Shown here in pieces: positions 28,224-37,632 of a stretch of DNA of 64,000 nucleotides. The position numbers and the translations under genes were made by a program. The notes beneath the pieces are model-generated. The model was not told the DNA's origin. It was given only the letters and a program-made list of their open reading frames with translations, and searched no databases. The stretch comes from an uncultured Methanosarcinales archaeon (GTDB lineage Archaea > Nanobdellota > Nanobdellia > Woesearchaeales > JAGVZT01). Each line of letters opens with the position of its first letter. Position 1 is the first letter of the stretch. The stretch lies in the NCBI GenBank assembly GCA_964354685.1, contig CAYHAM010000001.1, positions 2,284-66,283 of the forward strand, given 5' to 3'.

Positions 28224-29149
28224 GAAGGGTTTTGGTGACAGGTGGTGCTGGTTTTATTGGAAGTCATCTTTGTTGGTATCTGCTAAATAAGGGTGACTCT
28301 GTTATTTGTATTGATGATCTGAGCACAGGTAATAAAAACAATATTAAAGATTTTATGAAAAACAAGAATTTCTCTTTTATCAATCATAATGTAATTGAAC
28401 CAATAAAGATCAAAGGTAAACTTGATCAAATTTATCATCTTGCATCAAGGGCAAGCCCGCCAAACTATCAATCAGAACCAATCCATACCTTGCTTACAAA
28501 TGCAATTGGTACAGATAATTTGATAAAATTGGCATTAGAGAAGAAAGCTGTCTTGCTTTTTGCAAGCTCTTCTGAAGTTTATGGTCATCCAGAACAACAC
28601 CCTCAGAAAGAGAGCTATTGGGGTAATGTGAACCCAATAGGTGTTAGGAGCTGCTATGATGAAAGCAAACGATTTGGAGAAGCGTTGTGTATGGCTTATA
28701 TGCGCAAGCACAAGGCAAAGGTAAAGATTGCTAGGATCTTCAACACCTATGGACCTAAGATACAAGTAAATGATGGCAGAGTTGTTACAAACCTAATAAA
28801 TCAAGCTTTGAATAATAAGGATATGACTATATATGGTAATGGGAAACAAACAAGGTCTTTCTGCTATGTTGATGACATGATTGAAGGCATCTATAAGATG
28901 ATGAATTCTAACTTTATTGGTCCTGTAAACTTGGGTAACCCAGAGGAGTTTACTATTCTTGAACTTGCAAATATTATTAAGAGGTTGACAAATAGTAAGA
29001 GCAAGTTTGTTTTCAAGCCCTTGCCAAAGGATGATCCAATAAGAAGAAGACCTGATATAAGCCTGGCAAAGAAAGAGCTAGAGTGGGAGCCAAAGATCGG
29101 TTTGGAAGAAGGGTTAAAGAGGACTATTGATTACTTTAAGAAATCCTAA
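28220..29149 (+). CDS. UDP-glucuronate decarboxylase (UDP-xylose synthase)
   Basis: HLASRASP, SSEVYG, YWGNVNPIGVRSCYDESKR, DGRVV, QTRSFCYVDD, DDPIRRRPDI. Confidence 0.92.
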   Translation: MRRVLVTGGAGFIGSHLCWYLLNKGDSVICIDDLSTGNKNNIKDFMKNKNFSFINHNVIEPIKIKGKLDQIYHLASRASPPNYQSEPIHTLLTNAIGTDNLIKLALEKKAVLLFASSSEVYGHPEQHPQKESYWGNVNPIGVRSCYDESKRFGEALCMAYMRKHKAKVKIARIFNTYGPKIQVNDGRVVTNLINQALNNKDMTIYGNGKQTRSFCYVDDMIEGIYKMMNSNFIGPVNLGNPEEFTILELANIIKRLTNSKSKFVFKPLPKDDPIRRRPDISLAKKELEWEPKIGLEEGLKRTIDYFKKS

Positions 29150-30923
29150 GCCCTGCTGTTAGTTCTGGCCATATATCAAACAAAGTGCTCGTTTCTTCTT
29201 CGCCTTGCTGTGCAGACAGATAGTATATACCATTATTTGATTCACAATTGTCTGAGGGAATATCTTCATTTGAACATATGTTTGTTTCAAAGTTTTCATA
29301 TTTGATAACCAGAAGGGTCTTTACTACTAATTCACATTCTGGCTCAATATACATTAAGTAAACATCCTTCACACCCCACCAAGTATTATCGTGAGCCCAT
29401 TCACCATCACAAGGTTCGTGCTCAAAGACCAGAACATTTGTGGAATCTTTATTAAGCAAATTTTTGTTTATCCTGAGAAATTTGTTTTTGCTCCATTCGT
29501 TATTATTAGTTACCTCTTTAAGTGTTTTTATTGTCTTGCCATTAATTTTTATATTTACACACTCATTGCTACCCTCAACATCCCAGAGCTTATACCTCAA
29601 AGTAAGATTTTTATTGAAAGCAGGGAAAGTGTATCTCATCCCGTTTTGATGGCTTCGATCACCATCAGTGATGTAACCATAAGCACCTGCTGAATCTGGG
29701 TTTATATCATGAAGGTATCTACAATAATCTTGTGTACGCAATGTTTCCTTTCTTGCCAAAACACTTTTAGATGAAATATTTGAGAGGTATATTGAGTTGT
29801 ATTGATGCGATTTTTCAACAATATCTATAACAAATTGATCTTCTATAGGATATCCATAAATTTCTGTCATTAAATCCTCATATGGTTCTTTAAGTAAACT
29901 ATTATGTTCAACTCTCCAATTATTAAAACCATTTAACACTATTGGGTTATTGTTTTCTTCACCGTAAATGAAAAGCTTGTATTTACTATTGTACCAAAGA
30001 TTACCATTAATTCCACATCTGTGAAACTGGCCATCTTGGTCTGAACCACACTCCTTATTATATCCCAGCATTGTGGTAAGATTTTCAACACTCATTCCTG
30101 GGTTTAGAGAGCTTCCGAATGCAACTAGGTTTTCATCAGGGGCTGTTAAAACACAAAAGTCGTTTAAACAATTAAATTGCTTGTTGGCATTTCCATAAGT
30201 ACAACTGTTTGGGCCAATGTTACCAATAACCTCTTGATAATAATTGAGCGCCTCATCATAATTCCCGCAGAAAAGAGTAAAATTATCAATTCCCCTTGAT
30301 TTTACTTCATGCAAAAGCTGTGTTGCCACATAACTTGTTCTTGTTGTCCATTCCCCATTTTCACAGAACTTGTCAAGGATGTATTGGTCATTGGTTATAC
30401 ACCTTGGTCCATATTTTACGTCTTCATAATCAAACCATTTTAATGGTTTATTGTTCAATATTCTTTGACCATTTGGCTGTACCAAGCAATCTGATGTGCT
30501 TGGACAACATCCATTATAACCTCCGTAGAAAACTGTTTTGAGGTAACAGGTATCACTATCTACTCCTTCTCTAAGACAAGCATCGTCCCTGCAACCATAT
30601 TGACAAGTATGATTAACATACCCATACCACCCATTACTTAAACATCTGTATTCTTTCAAAATTTGACCATTAAGGCAGGTATCCCATAAAACCTCATCGT
30701 AAACAAATGTTCCTGTACATGTATCTGGTCTGAGGGTTGTGTTAATCCAATTACTATGGCTGTTGTTAACATAGCTTTTTTGGTAATAATTCAATCCCCC
30801 ATCATGATCAGTACACCAACAACCGCACTTTGCACAATTTGGGCTAGCATATACATAAACAGATTGAAGTAACAAAGGTATTAACAAACATACCAAAACA
30901 AACAAACTTTTTTTATTAATCAT
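29136..30923 (-). CDS. Secreted cysteine-rich surface protein
   Basis: Signal peptide; CTDHDGGLNYY...DTC...LKEYRC module and many Cys. Confidence 0.75.
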   Translation of the reverse strand: MINKKSLFVLVCLLIPLLLQSVYVYASPNCAKCGCWCTDHDGGLNYYQKSYVNNSHSNWINTTLRPDTCTGTFVYDEVLWDTCLNGQILKEYRCLSNGWYGYVNHTCQYGCRDDACLREGVDSDTCYLKTVFYGGYNGCCPSTSDCLVQPNGQRILNNKPLKWFDYEDVKYGPRCITNDQYILDKFCENGEWTTRTSYVATQLLHEVKSRGIDNFTLFCGNYDEALNYYQEVIGNIGPNSCTYGNANKQFNCLNDFCVLTAPDENLVAFGSSLNPGMSVENLTTMLGYNKECGSDQDGQFHRCGINGNLWYNSKYKLFIYGEENNNPIVLNGFNNWRVEHNSLLKEPYEDLMTEIYGYPIEDQFVIDIVEKSHQYNSIYLSNISSKSVLARKETLRTQDYCRYLHDINPDSAGAYGYITDGDRSHQNGMRYTFPAFNKNLTLRYKLWDVEGSNECVNIKINGKTIKTLKEVTNNNEWSKNKFLRINKNLLNKDSTNVLVFEHEPCDGEWAHDNTWWGVKDVYLMYIEPECELVVKTLLVIKYENFETNICSNEDIPSDNCESNNGIYYLSAQQGEEETSTLFDIWPELTAGLRIS

Positions 30924-30924
30924 C

Positions 30925-31443
30925 CTAAATTATAACCTCTTCAGCACCAACTATGCCTATTAATTCTGCTTCTAATGTGTTATCTTGATTCACCGTGTAG
31001 ATCATAGTTATAAGATCTCCTTCCTTTATCTCATTAAAATGATCTCCTTCAACAAGTCCAACACCTCCCATAACTATCCCCATTTCTGGGTCAACATTAT
31101 AATTAACTTTAGTATATCTCACATTATCAGAGACGTCAACTTGGAACCGTTCATAAGATGTATCCAAGGTTAAGGTTCTACCTTCAATCTTTATGACTTT
31201 AGCCCATGTGGTGTTCCTCTCATAAACAGAGCAGATTTCTCCGTTACAATCAGCCTTGACATAATCTTCTATTGGGAAACTTTCGCCAGGGTAATTCTCC
31301 ACCATTAATGTTTGTGATTCTGTGCTTGGCTCTTGAGGCTCTTCTGCTGGCTCTTCAACTAGTTCTTGTTTTTTGCACCCAGAGCTAGATAAAACTATAA
31401 AACCTAAGAAAATAATCGCAATCAACCTTTTGTCCATAAACAT
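30925..31443 (-). CDS. Predicted lipoprotein
   Basis: Basic N-terminus, hydrophobic core, SSGC lipobox-like motif; acidic body. Confidence 0.7.
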   Translation of the reverse strand: MFMDKRLIAIIFLGFIVLSSSGCKKQELVEEPAEEPQEPSTESQTLMVENYPGESFPIEDYVKADCNGEICSVYERNTTWAKVIKIEGRTLTLDTSYERFQVDVSDNVRYTKVNYNVDPEMGIVMGGVGLVEGDHFNEIKEGDLITMIYTVNQDNTLEAELIGIVGAEEVII

Positions 31444-31544
31444 CCTCTTTTTAATGATTATATATATATCAAGCTATCTAATATATAAAATTTGCTAAAT
31501 TTTTGATAAAAAGCTTTATATTTGCTTTTCAAATAACAAGATGT

Positions 31545-32261
31545 ATGGAATTAAACAATCTGACAATTATTGGTACATCTCATATTGCACAGCAGAGCAT
31601 CAATGAGATAAAACAAGCAATAGAAGACAAAAAGCCAGACATAATAGCTTTAGAGCTTGACAGCAAAAGGTTCTATGCAATAACACATCAAAGCAAAAAA
31701 TCTGGGTTCCCAAACATCTTTAAGATTGGTCTTAAAGGCTTCTTATTCTCTATTATTGGTAGATGGGTTCAAAAAAAGCTTGGCAAGCAGGTTGGCGTAG
31801 AGCCTGGTGATGAAATGCTAACAGCAATAAAGCTTGCAAAGAAGAACAAAATAAGTATTGCTTTAATAGACCAGGACATTGAAATCACTCTAATGAGATT
31901 CTCACAAGCATTATCATGGAAAGAGAAGTTTAGAATATTGCTTGACATAATAAAAGGGTTTTTATTTAGAGAGGGAGAGGTAAAAAGGCTTGGTTTTGAT
32001 CAAATAGATTTGAGCAAGGTGCCTAGCAAAAAGATTATCAAAAAGCTAATGCAAGAAGTCAAAGTTCGCTATCCAAACATTTACAAGGTTTTGGTTGAAG
32101 AAAGGAATATTGTTATGGCAAACCACTTGAGGCAGATAATACAACAAAACCCGAACAAAAAGATATTAACAATTATTGGTGCAGGACATGAGGATGCTCT
32201 TCTTGATTTGATAAAAAATGATAAAAATTCAATCAATTACACATTCAATGTTGCTATATAA
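31545..32261 (+). CDS. TraB/PrgY (Tiki-like) family protein
   Basis: IIGTSHI, ALELDSKR, PGDEM, LIDQDIEIT, LVEERN, IGAGH. Confidence 0.9.
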   Translation: MELNNLTIIGTSHIAQQSINEIKQAIEDKKPDIIALELDSKRFYAITHQSKKSGFPNIFKIGLKGFLFSIIGRWVQKKLGKQVGVEPGDEMLTAIKLAKKNKISIALIDQDIEITLMRFSQALSWKEKFRILLDIIKGFLFREGEVKRLGFDQIDLSKVPSKKIIKKLMQEVKVRYPNIYKVLVEERNIVMANHLRQIIQQNPNKKILTIIGAGHEDALLDLIKNDKNSINYTFNVAI

Positions 32262-32308
32262 AAAATTAGACAAGATTTATATATAATTCTGAATTCCTTT
32301 GCTTTGCT

Positions 32309-32486
32309 GGGGACGTGGTGTAACCTGGCTAACATCGTTGGCTCCAGTCAGTGGAGAGCTGAGCTTAGGCTATGAAGAACAATTGGTGTGTTGTAAAAGG
32401 GAGACACCAACTGATCAGGGTTCAAATATGCTCGCTGGTGTTCGCACATTTCAAATCTAGGGGCTTTGAAAGTCCCTGCGTCCCCA
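32309..32486 (+). tRNA. tRNA-Trp(CCA) with two introns: 37/38 (32348-32405) and 59/60 (32427-32472)
   Basis: Acceptor GGGGACG/CGTCCCC+A; anticodon arm GTTGG-CTCCAG|A-CCAAC; T arm CAGGG-TTCAAA|T-CCCTG; BHB helices CTCC/GGAG and TTCA/TGAA. Confidence 0.93.
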
Positions 32487-32532
32487 TTCTCTTAGTAAAA
32501 TTTATATATGATTCTCTTAAAAGCACATTCTC

Positions 32533-33678
32533 ATGCCAAAAAAAGAGGTTTACGAAGCTATAGCCACCTTAATTGGAACAGTTATTGGTGCTGGTGTTTT
32601 AGGCATTCCATATGTTGTTGCAAGCGCTGGTTTTCTTACAGGTTTGATAGTAATCTTTGTTATTTGTTGGGCAGTCACAATGATGTATTTATACTACGGA
32701 GAGATTGTCTTAAGGACAAAAAGCATACATCAGCTAACAGGTTATGCAGAAATATACTTAGGAAAATATGGTAAGTGGCTTGCCGCATTCTCTATGATTG
32801 TTGGGATTTACGGGGCTCTAATCGCTTATATCCTGGGTGTTGGAGAATCTTTAAAAGTAATATTTGGGGGTTCCCTAATCAGTTTTATCATACTCTTCTT
32901 TGTTTTTGTCGCACTATTGATCTATCTGGGCTTAACCGCTATAGAATGGTCTGAAGTAATTTTGATGTCTATGGTTGTTGGGACTATGGTGATTATAAGT
33001 TTACTAGCAGCACCCAGTGTTAACTTAAACAATCTAAATCACCTAAACCTTGCCAATATTCTCCTGCCATATGGCGTGATAGTATTTGCATTTCTTGGTA
33101 CCTCTGCTATTCCTGAGATGAGAGAAGAGCTTGTTAAAAATGAGAAACATCTCAAAAAAGCAATACTAATCGGGATGCTTGTTCCTCTTGTGCTATACTC
33201 TGTTTTTACATGTGTTGTTGTGGGTGTTGTCGGAGTTAATGGTTTTTCTATCTTAGGAGAGAATGAAAGAATAGCCACTGTTGCATTAGGCTCTTTTGTT
33301 GGAGAGCATATCTTTTTACTAGGGAATATATTTGCTGTGCTTGCTATGTCAACCTCTTTTCTTGTATTGGGGTTGGCACTAAAAGAGATGTTCATGTATG
33401 ATTATAAAATAAACAAAAACATTGCATGGGCACTAACCTGTTTTATACCTTTTACCATTGCTCTGAGCAAAATAACCAACTTTATACAGATAATAGGACT
33501 AACTGGTGCTCTAACAGGAGGAATAAATGCTTGTCTAATTGTGCTCATGTTTTGGGAGGCAAAGAAAAAAGGTAAGAGAAAGCCAGAATACACCTTATCA
33601 TCAAATAAAGCAATTGGTTTATTGATAATGTTCTTGCTCATATTGGGTACAGTCTATGGCTTCTTAGAATTTTTTTAG
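32533..33678 (+). CDS. Aromatic/hydroxy amino acid permease (HAAAP, TyrP/Mtr-like)
   Basis: GTVIGAGVLGIP, YGALIAY, PYGVIVFAF, TSFLVLG; about 11 TM. Confidence 0.85.
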   Translation: MPKKEVYEAIATLIGTVIGAGVLGIPYVVASAGFLTGLIVIFVICWAVTMMYLYYGEIVLRTKSIHQLTGYAEIYLGKYGKWLAAFSMIVGIYGALIAYILGVGESLKVIFGGSLISFIILFFVFVALLIYLGLTAIEWSEVILMSMVVGTMVIISLLAAPSVNLNNLNHLNLANILLPYGVIVFAFLGTSAIPEMREELVKNEKHLKKAILIGMLVPLVLYSVFTCVVVGVVGVNGFSILGENERIATVALGSFVGEHIFLLGNIFAVLAMSTSFLVLGLALKEMFMYDYKINKNIAWALTCFIPFTIALSKITNFIQIIGLTGALTGGINACLIVLMFWEAKKKGKRKPEYTLSSNKAIGLLIMFLLILGTVYGFLEFF

Positions 33679-33686
33679 AAAGAGTT

Positions 33687-35159
33687 CTACTTTCTCATCT
33701 TGGATAAGGTAAATAAGAGGACAGTAAGTATTACAAATCCAATGAGGATATATAACAGATACATTGAAATATACTCTTTCAAGGCAATTAGGTATGGGTA
33801 AAGGTTTGATTTGTAATAGAATGCTAAAATTGCTAAAACTACAACTGCTATTAAGGCTACAACAATCAACCAACGCTTCTTTATCTCCTGTATAATTTTC
33901 AATTCTTTCTTTGATTTATTCTTTTTTGTTCCTTTTGTTGGTTTATTGTCTATTCTAATCTTAATTAAGATTAGAAGGAAAAGAATTGCAAAACCAAGGG
34001 CCATATAATAGAGATAGGTAATATACTTTGTCAGGTTCAGTTTCTCAATACCACTGACATTGATTGTCTGATTTATTTCTGGTTGGGTTATGTTTGTTGT
34101 TACATTAATTGTTTGGTTGGTTGTCATATTTGTCTCATTCACAAAAGGCGCAACCTCAACCATCTTGGCTCCTTTGTAGATTAGTAATGCTATTATAAGC
34201 AAAACAACAAATGCGATTATCGCTTTAAACACACTGCTTTTCAAAAATCTATCAACCTCAAATTCATTCTCTTTTGGTTTGATAATCTTTGGCTCCTTGA
34301 TCATCTCAACACCCTTGTAATAAGTGGTCTCTGCTGCAGAGACTGCAAAATAAATAAGGGCTATGAAAAGCAGCAGAGCTAGCAATATAACAAAAAATAT
34401 CAAAAGGGTTTTTATGCCTTTGGTAGAAGTTGGTGGGGCTGTTACATTATCAGAAACATTTGTCTGCTGAAGTGGTGGGCATGCATCTACATTCAGTTTT
34501 AAGGGTGCATCTGCATAAAAACCACTGCTTTGGGCAGTTAATCTGAATTTTGTGCTAAGTTCCCCATAAACATCACAAGGAAGGTTTATGTATAGTTTAA
34601 TATTTTGGGTTTTACCTGGTGCAAGGATTAAGGGATTAACAGTATTGGTTACAGCTGAACCAACACCATCTAAGAGCTTCATACTGTAAATCTCGTTGTA
34701 ATTGCCTGTGTTTGTAACCCAGAATTCAAACTCAAATGGTGTACAATTACACCCATACTGGGTTAGATTTTTAAAAACAACCCCCATGTTTGTGCATCTC
34801 CTTATATCCAAATTTTGGGTAATGGCCTGTGTTGTTGTGCTAGAAGCAACTTGAGTTACCAAAGAATAATCTCCATCAACATCACAGGGAGGATTTATCA
34901 GATTCTCGATTGTTGCTGATTCTCCTGATTCAAGGATTAATGTACTGGGAAAAAGGGTTGACCATTTTGCTGCAGTGCCTTGCTGAGTAATGTAAAAGGT
35001 ATCTACTATGCTCCCTTTGTTTTGTATAGTTATTGGGTTTGAGATTAAAGAGCAAGAACAACTTTGTAGGTCTGCACCTTGTGTAGAATCAGCATAGACA
35101 AGACTAATGCTCAACAAGAACAATAGGATAATCAAGCTAATTAATGGGTTTTTTGACAT
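33687..35159 (-). CDS. Membrane protein with extracellular Ig-like repeats
   Basis: Signal peptide, two N.G...D/E.(F/Y) beta modules, Asn/Thr-rich linkers, several C-terminal TMs. Confidence 0.7.
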   Translation of the reverse strand: MSKNPLISLIILLFLLSISLVYADSTQGADLQSCSCSLISNPITIQNKGSIVDTFYITQQGTAAKWSTLFPSTLILESGESATIENLINPPCDVDGDYSLVTQVASSTTTQAITQNLDIRRCTNMGVVFKNLTQYGCNCTPFEFEFWVTNTGNYNEIYSMKLLDGVGSAVTNTVNPLILAPGKTQNIKLYINLPCDVYGELSTKFRLTAQSSGFYADAPLKLNVDACPPLQQTNVSDNVTAPPTSTKGIKTLLIFFVILLALLLFIALIYFAVSAAETTYYKGVEMIKEPKIIKPKENEFEVDRFLKSSVFKAIIAFVVLLIIALLIYKGAKMVEVAPFVNETNMTTNQTINVTTNITQPEINQTINVSGIEKLNLTKYITYLYYMALGFAILFLLILIKIRIDNKPTKGTKKNKSKKELKIIQEIKKRWLIVVALIAVVVLAILAFYYKSNLYPYLIALKEYISMYLLYILIGFVILTVLLFTLSKMRK

Positions 35160-35425
35160 GGTAAAACCACCTAAGTTACTACTCAGCAATAGGTTCTAAT
35201 ATATATATCTTTCGGTTGGTATATTTATGAAGAATGATTAAAATAACTTTTTTTCTGATTTGGGGGAATAAGATATGTTTTTTTGAGGTTTGGGGGGTTT
35301 TTTAGAACTTAGAATTGAATCAGGGTGTTTATTTTTCCTTATTTCAAAGCCAATATTAGTGATATATAGGGAAGATTACGAAAAGTTTATAAACAAAAAT
35401 CAACTCCTAAACCAGGGGGTATTAT

Positions 35426-35614
35426 ATGGGAAGAATAAAGACAACACTAATAAAGCGAATCACCAACAAGCTAGTGAGAGAGCATAAAGACGAGTTTAAA
35501 AAAGATTTTGAGAGTAACAAGCAGTTGGTAACAAAGTTTGTAGATATCCCCTCAAAAAAGATTAGAAACGTGATTGCAGGATACGTAACAAGACTAGTAA
35601 AAACAAAAGAATAA
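35426..35614 (+). CDS. rps17e: 30S ribosomal protein S17e
   Basis: MGRIKT...DFESNK...SKKIRNVIAGYVT. Confidence 0.96.
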   Translation: MGRIKTTLIKRITNKLVREHKDEFKKDFESNKQLVTKFVDIPSKKIRNVIAGYVTRLVKTKE

Positions 35615-35632
35615 GTAATGGAGGTATGAGAA

Positions 35633-35914
35633 ATGGGAGATGACAACTCTGTATTTATTGGAAACAAGCCTTTCATGAACTATGTAACTGCTGTTGTTAT
35701 GCAGTTTACAGTGAAGAACGCAAGTGAAGTTACAGTAAAGGCCAGAGGAAAGTTCATAGCACGAGCAGTTGATGTGTCAGAGGTTGCTACAAAAAGGTTT
35801 TTGGATGGACAAGCATTAGTCAAAGACATAAAGATTGATTCAGAGCAGTTTGAGAACAAGGAAGGCAAGGAAGTGAGAGTGTCAACAATTGAGATAACAC
35901 TTTTAAAGAAGTGA
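35633..35914 (+). CDS. albA: DNA/RNA-binding protein Alba
   Basis: VFIGNKPFMNYV, KARGKFIARAVDV, VSTIEITL. Confidence 0.96.
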   Translation: MGDDNSVFIGNKPFMNYVTAVVMQFTVKNASEVTVKARGKFIARAVDVSEVATKRFLDGQALVKDIKIDSEQFENKEGKEVRVSTIEITLLKK

Positions 35915-35987
35915 TTGTTCACTGATTTTTGTTTTTTGCTTTATTATTTTAATTAAATTTATATATAAATCCAATATCTAATTCTAT

Positions 35988-36097
35988 GGGTCTGTAGCAT
36001 AACCAGGATAGTGCGGACGGCTTCGGACCGTTTGATCAGGGTTCGAATAGTTGGTAACCAAACAAAGTGTTACGACACGAAAGTCCCTGCAGGCCCA
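35988..36097 (+). tRNA. tRNA-Arg(TCG) with one T-loop intron at 59/60 (36048-36083)
   Basis: Acceptor GGGTCTG/CAGGCCC+A; anticodon arm GACGG-CTTCGGA-CCGTT; T arm CAGGG-TTCGAA|T-CCCTG; helix TTCG/CGAA; TATA box upstream. Confidence 0.93.
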
Positions 36098-36121
36098 TTT
36101 CTTTTATTTGAGTGTAGAACA

Positions 36122-36886
36122 ATGAAGGAGAAACTCTTTTTCAAAAACAGCAAAGGAAACAAACTCTGTGGAATATTATCAAACCCCACATCAAGTAAGG
36201 AAAAACCAATTATAATTCTTTGTCATGGATTTAGCACAAACAAGGATGCCAATACATATATGAGACTTGAAAAGACTCTAAATGATAAAGAGATATCTAC
36301 ATTTAGATTTGATTTTTATGGTCATGGAGAGAGTGAAGGCAAATTTGAAGATATAACAATATCAGAAGCTGTTGATGATGTTCTTAATGCAATCAAATTC
36401 ATAAGAGATTTAGGTTATAAAATGACTGGTCTTTTTGGCTCGAGTTTTGGTGGAATGGCATCAATAATAGCTGCTTCAAAGACAAATGGTCTGTTTGTTC
36501 TTGCATTAAAATCTCCTGTATCAGACTATTTAGGTAAAATTATTGCTGAAGAAAGGAAGGTCAGAATAAATGAGTGGAAGAAGAGGGGGGTTATTGAGTT
36601 TACAAGTAGATCCAGTGGTGCGAAAAGGCGGCTGAAGTATATATTCTTTGAAGATTCAAAAAAGAATGTAGGGCATAAAGCTGCTAAGAAAATAAAGATC
36701 CCAACATTAATTGTTCATGGGGATAAAGACGAAAGTGTTCCTATTGAGCAAAGCAAGAAGACAGCAAGTTTGATTAGAAATTGCAAATTGGAAATTATAA
36801 AAGGCGCAGATCACAGATATACAAATTCAAAAGATTTTGAGAAGATGATTGATTTGGTTACTAAGTTTATTGTAGAGAATTCTTAA
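36122..36886 (+). CDS. Alpha/beta hydrolase
   Basis: CHGF, RFDFYGHGESEG, GSSFGG, VHGDKD, GADH; true ATG at 36122 because the ORF-track extension overlaps the tRNA. Confidence 0.9.
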   Translation: MKEKLFFKNSKGNKLCGILSNPTSSKEKPIIILCHGFSTNKDANTYMRLEKTLNDKEISTFRFDFYGHGESEGKFEDITISEAVDDVLNAIKFIRDLGYKMTGLFGSSFGGMASIIAASKTNGLFVLALKSPVSDYLGKIIAEERKVRINEWKKRGVIEFTSRSSGAKRRLKYIFFEDSKKNVGHKAAKKIKIPTLIVHGDKDESVPIEQSKKTASLIRNCKLEIIKGADHRYTNSKDFEKMIDLVTKFIVENS

Positions 36887-37361
36887 ATCTCTGCCTAGAT
36901 TCTAGGAAAAAGTGTTTGCTTTGTTTGTAATCAGTAAAGGTATGTTTAAAAGGGATAACATCTTTTTTCTTTAGAAGTAATAGCAAGTCAGCAAATATCC
37001 CTTTATTAAGATATATCCTGTGCGGAAGCTCTTTTGTGCTGGCAACAACAACATTGTTTAAGGTAATGTACCCCGGGTCAATATTTACCTGTCTTTTATT
37101 ATTTTTCTTAAATTTTTCTTCTAATTTCATTGTTTGTAATTTGATATCTGTTAAGCCTTTTCTATTAATTAGTTTTTTGAATAGAATAAATCTCTTTCTC
37201 AGATTTTTGCCCATCTCTTTTTCATAGTGTTTTGTAAAGGTGAAGTTAAACTCTTCTCCTTGTAATTCTATTTCCCCAAAATCTTTTTTTAATAATTCAA
37301 TAGCCTTATTATAGTGTTCAATGTTAGAATACATCATTCCTACAAAGAGTTTTGCTTTCAT
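36867..37361 (-). CDS. DUF4416-family protein
   Basis: YEKEMG, RQVNIDPGY, ASTKELPHRIYLNKGIFA. Confidence 0.8.
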   Translation of the reverse strand: MKAKLFVGMMYSNIEHYNKAIELLKKDFGEIELQGEEFNFTFTKHYEKEMGKNLRKRFILFKKLINRKGLTDIKLQTMKLEEKFKKNNKRQVNIDPGYITLNNVVVASTKELPHRIYLNKGIFADLLLLLKKKDVIPFKHTFTDYKQSKHFFLESRQRFKNSLQ

Positions 37362-37428
37362 AAAATTGTTTTTCAAAAACAAATATTTAAATCTTTAGGA
37401 ATTTATTTTTGTACTAGAAAGGCAAAAA

Positions 37429-37530
37429 ATGGCGCAGGAAGAGGTTTATCCTGAGGAAAGAAAGAGAAAACGTTACAAAATACGCTACAAGGTTGGTGGG
37501 CCACTGAGAACAATAAAAAGAAAGAAGTGA
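37429..37530 (+). CDS. Putative small basic peptide (33 aa)
   Basis: Read manually: MAQEEVYPEERKRKRYKIRYKVGGPLRTIKRKK*; TTTAAA box about 40 nt upstream. Confidence 0.4.
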   Translation: MAQEEVYPEERKRKRYKIRYKVGGPLRTIKRKK

Positions 37531-37632
37531 AGCCCAACATGAATACTTGAGTTCATTGTTTGCTTAGCTCTATCAAACAACACCATATATATATTAGGCT
37601 GGAGAATATTAATAACTGCAAATTTAAAAAGC

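Noticed and set aside
32487..32533. T-box-like coupling of tRNA-Trp to the aromatic amino acid permease
   Set aside because: The gap is only 46 nt, contains its own TATA-like box and has no leader structure; adjacency may be chance
32372..32774. ORFs 32372-32563 and 32508-32774
   Set aside because: They overlap tRNA-Trp or are out of frame within the permease gene
36011..36121. N-terminal extension of the alpha/beta hydrolase
   Set aside because: It runs through tRNA-Arg; the ATG at 36122 gives a normal-length protein
37528..37632. TGA readthrough (selenocysteine) or frameshift extension of the 33-aa ORF
   Set aside because: All three frames stop again within a few codons, and no SECIS-like element was recognised
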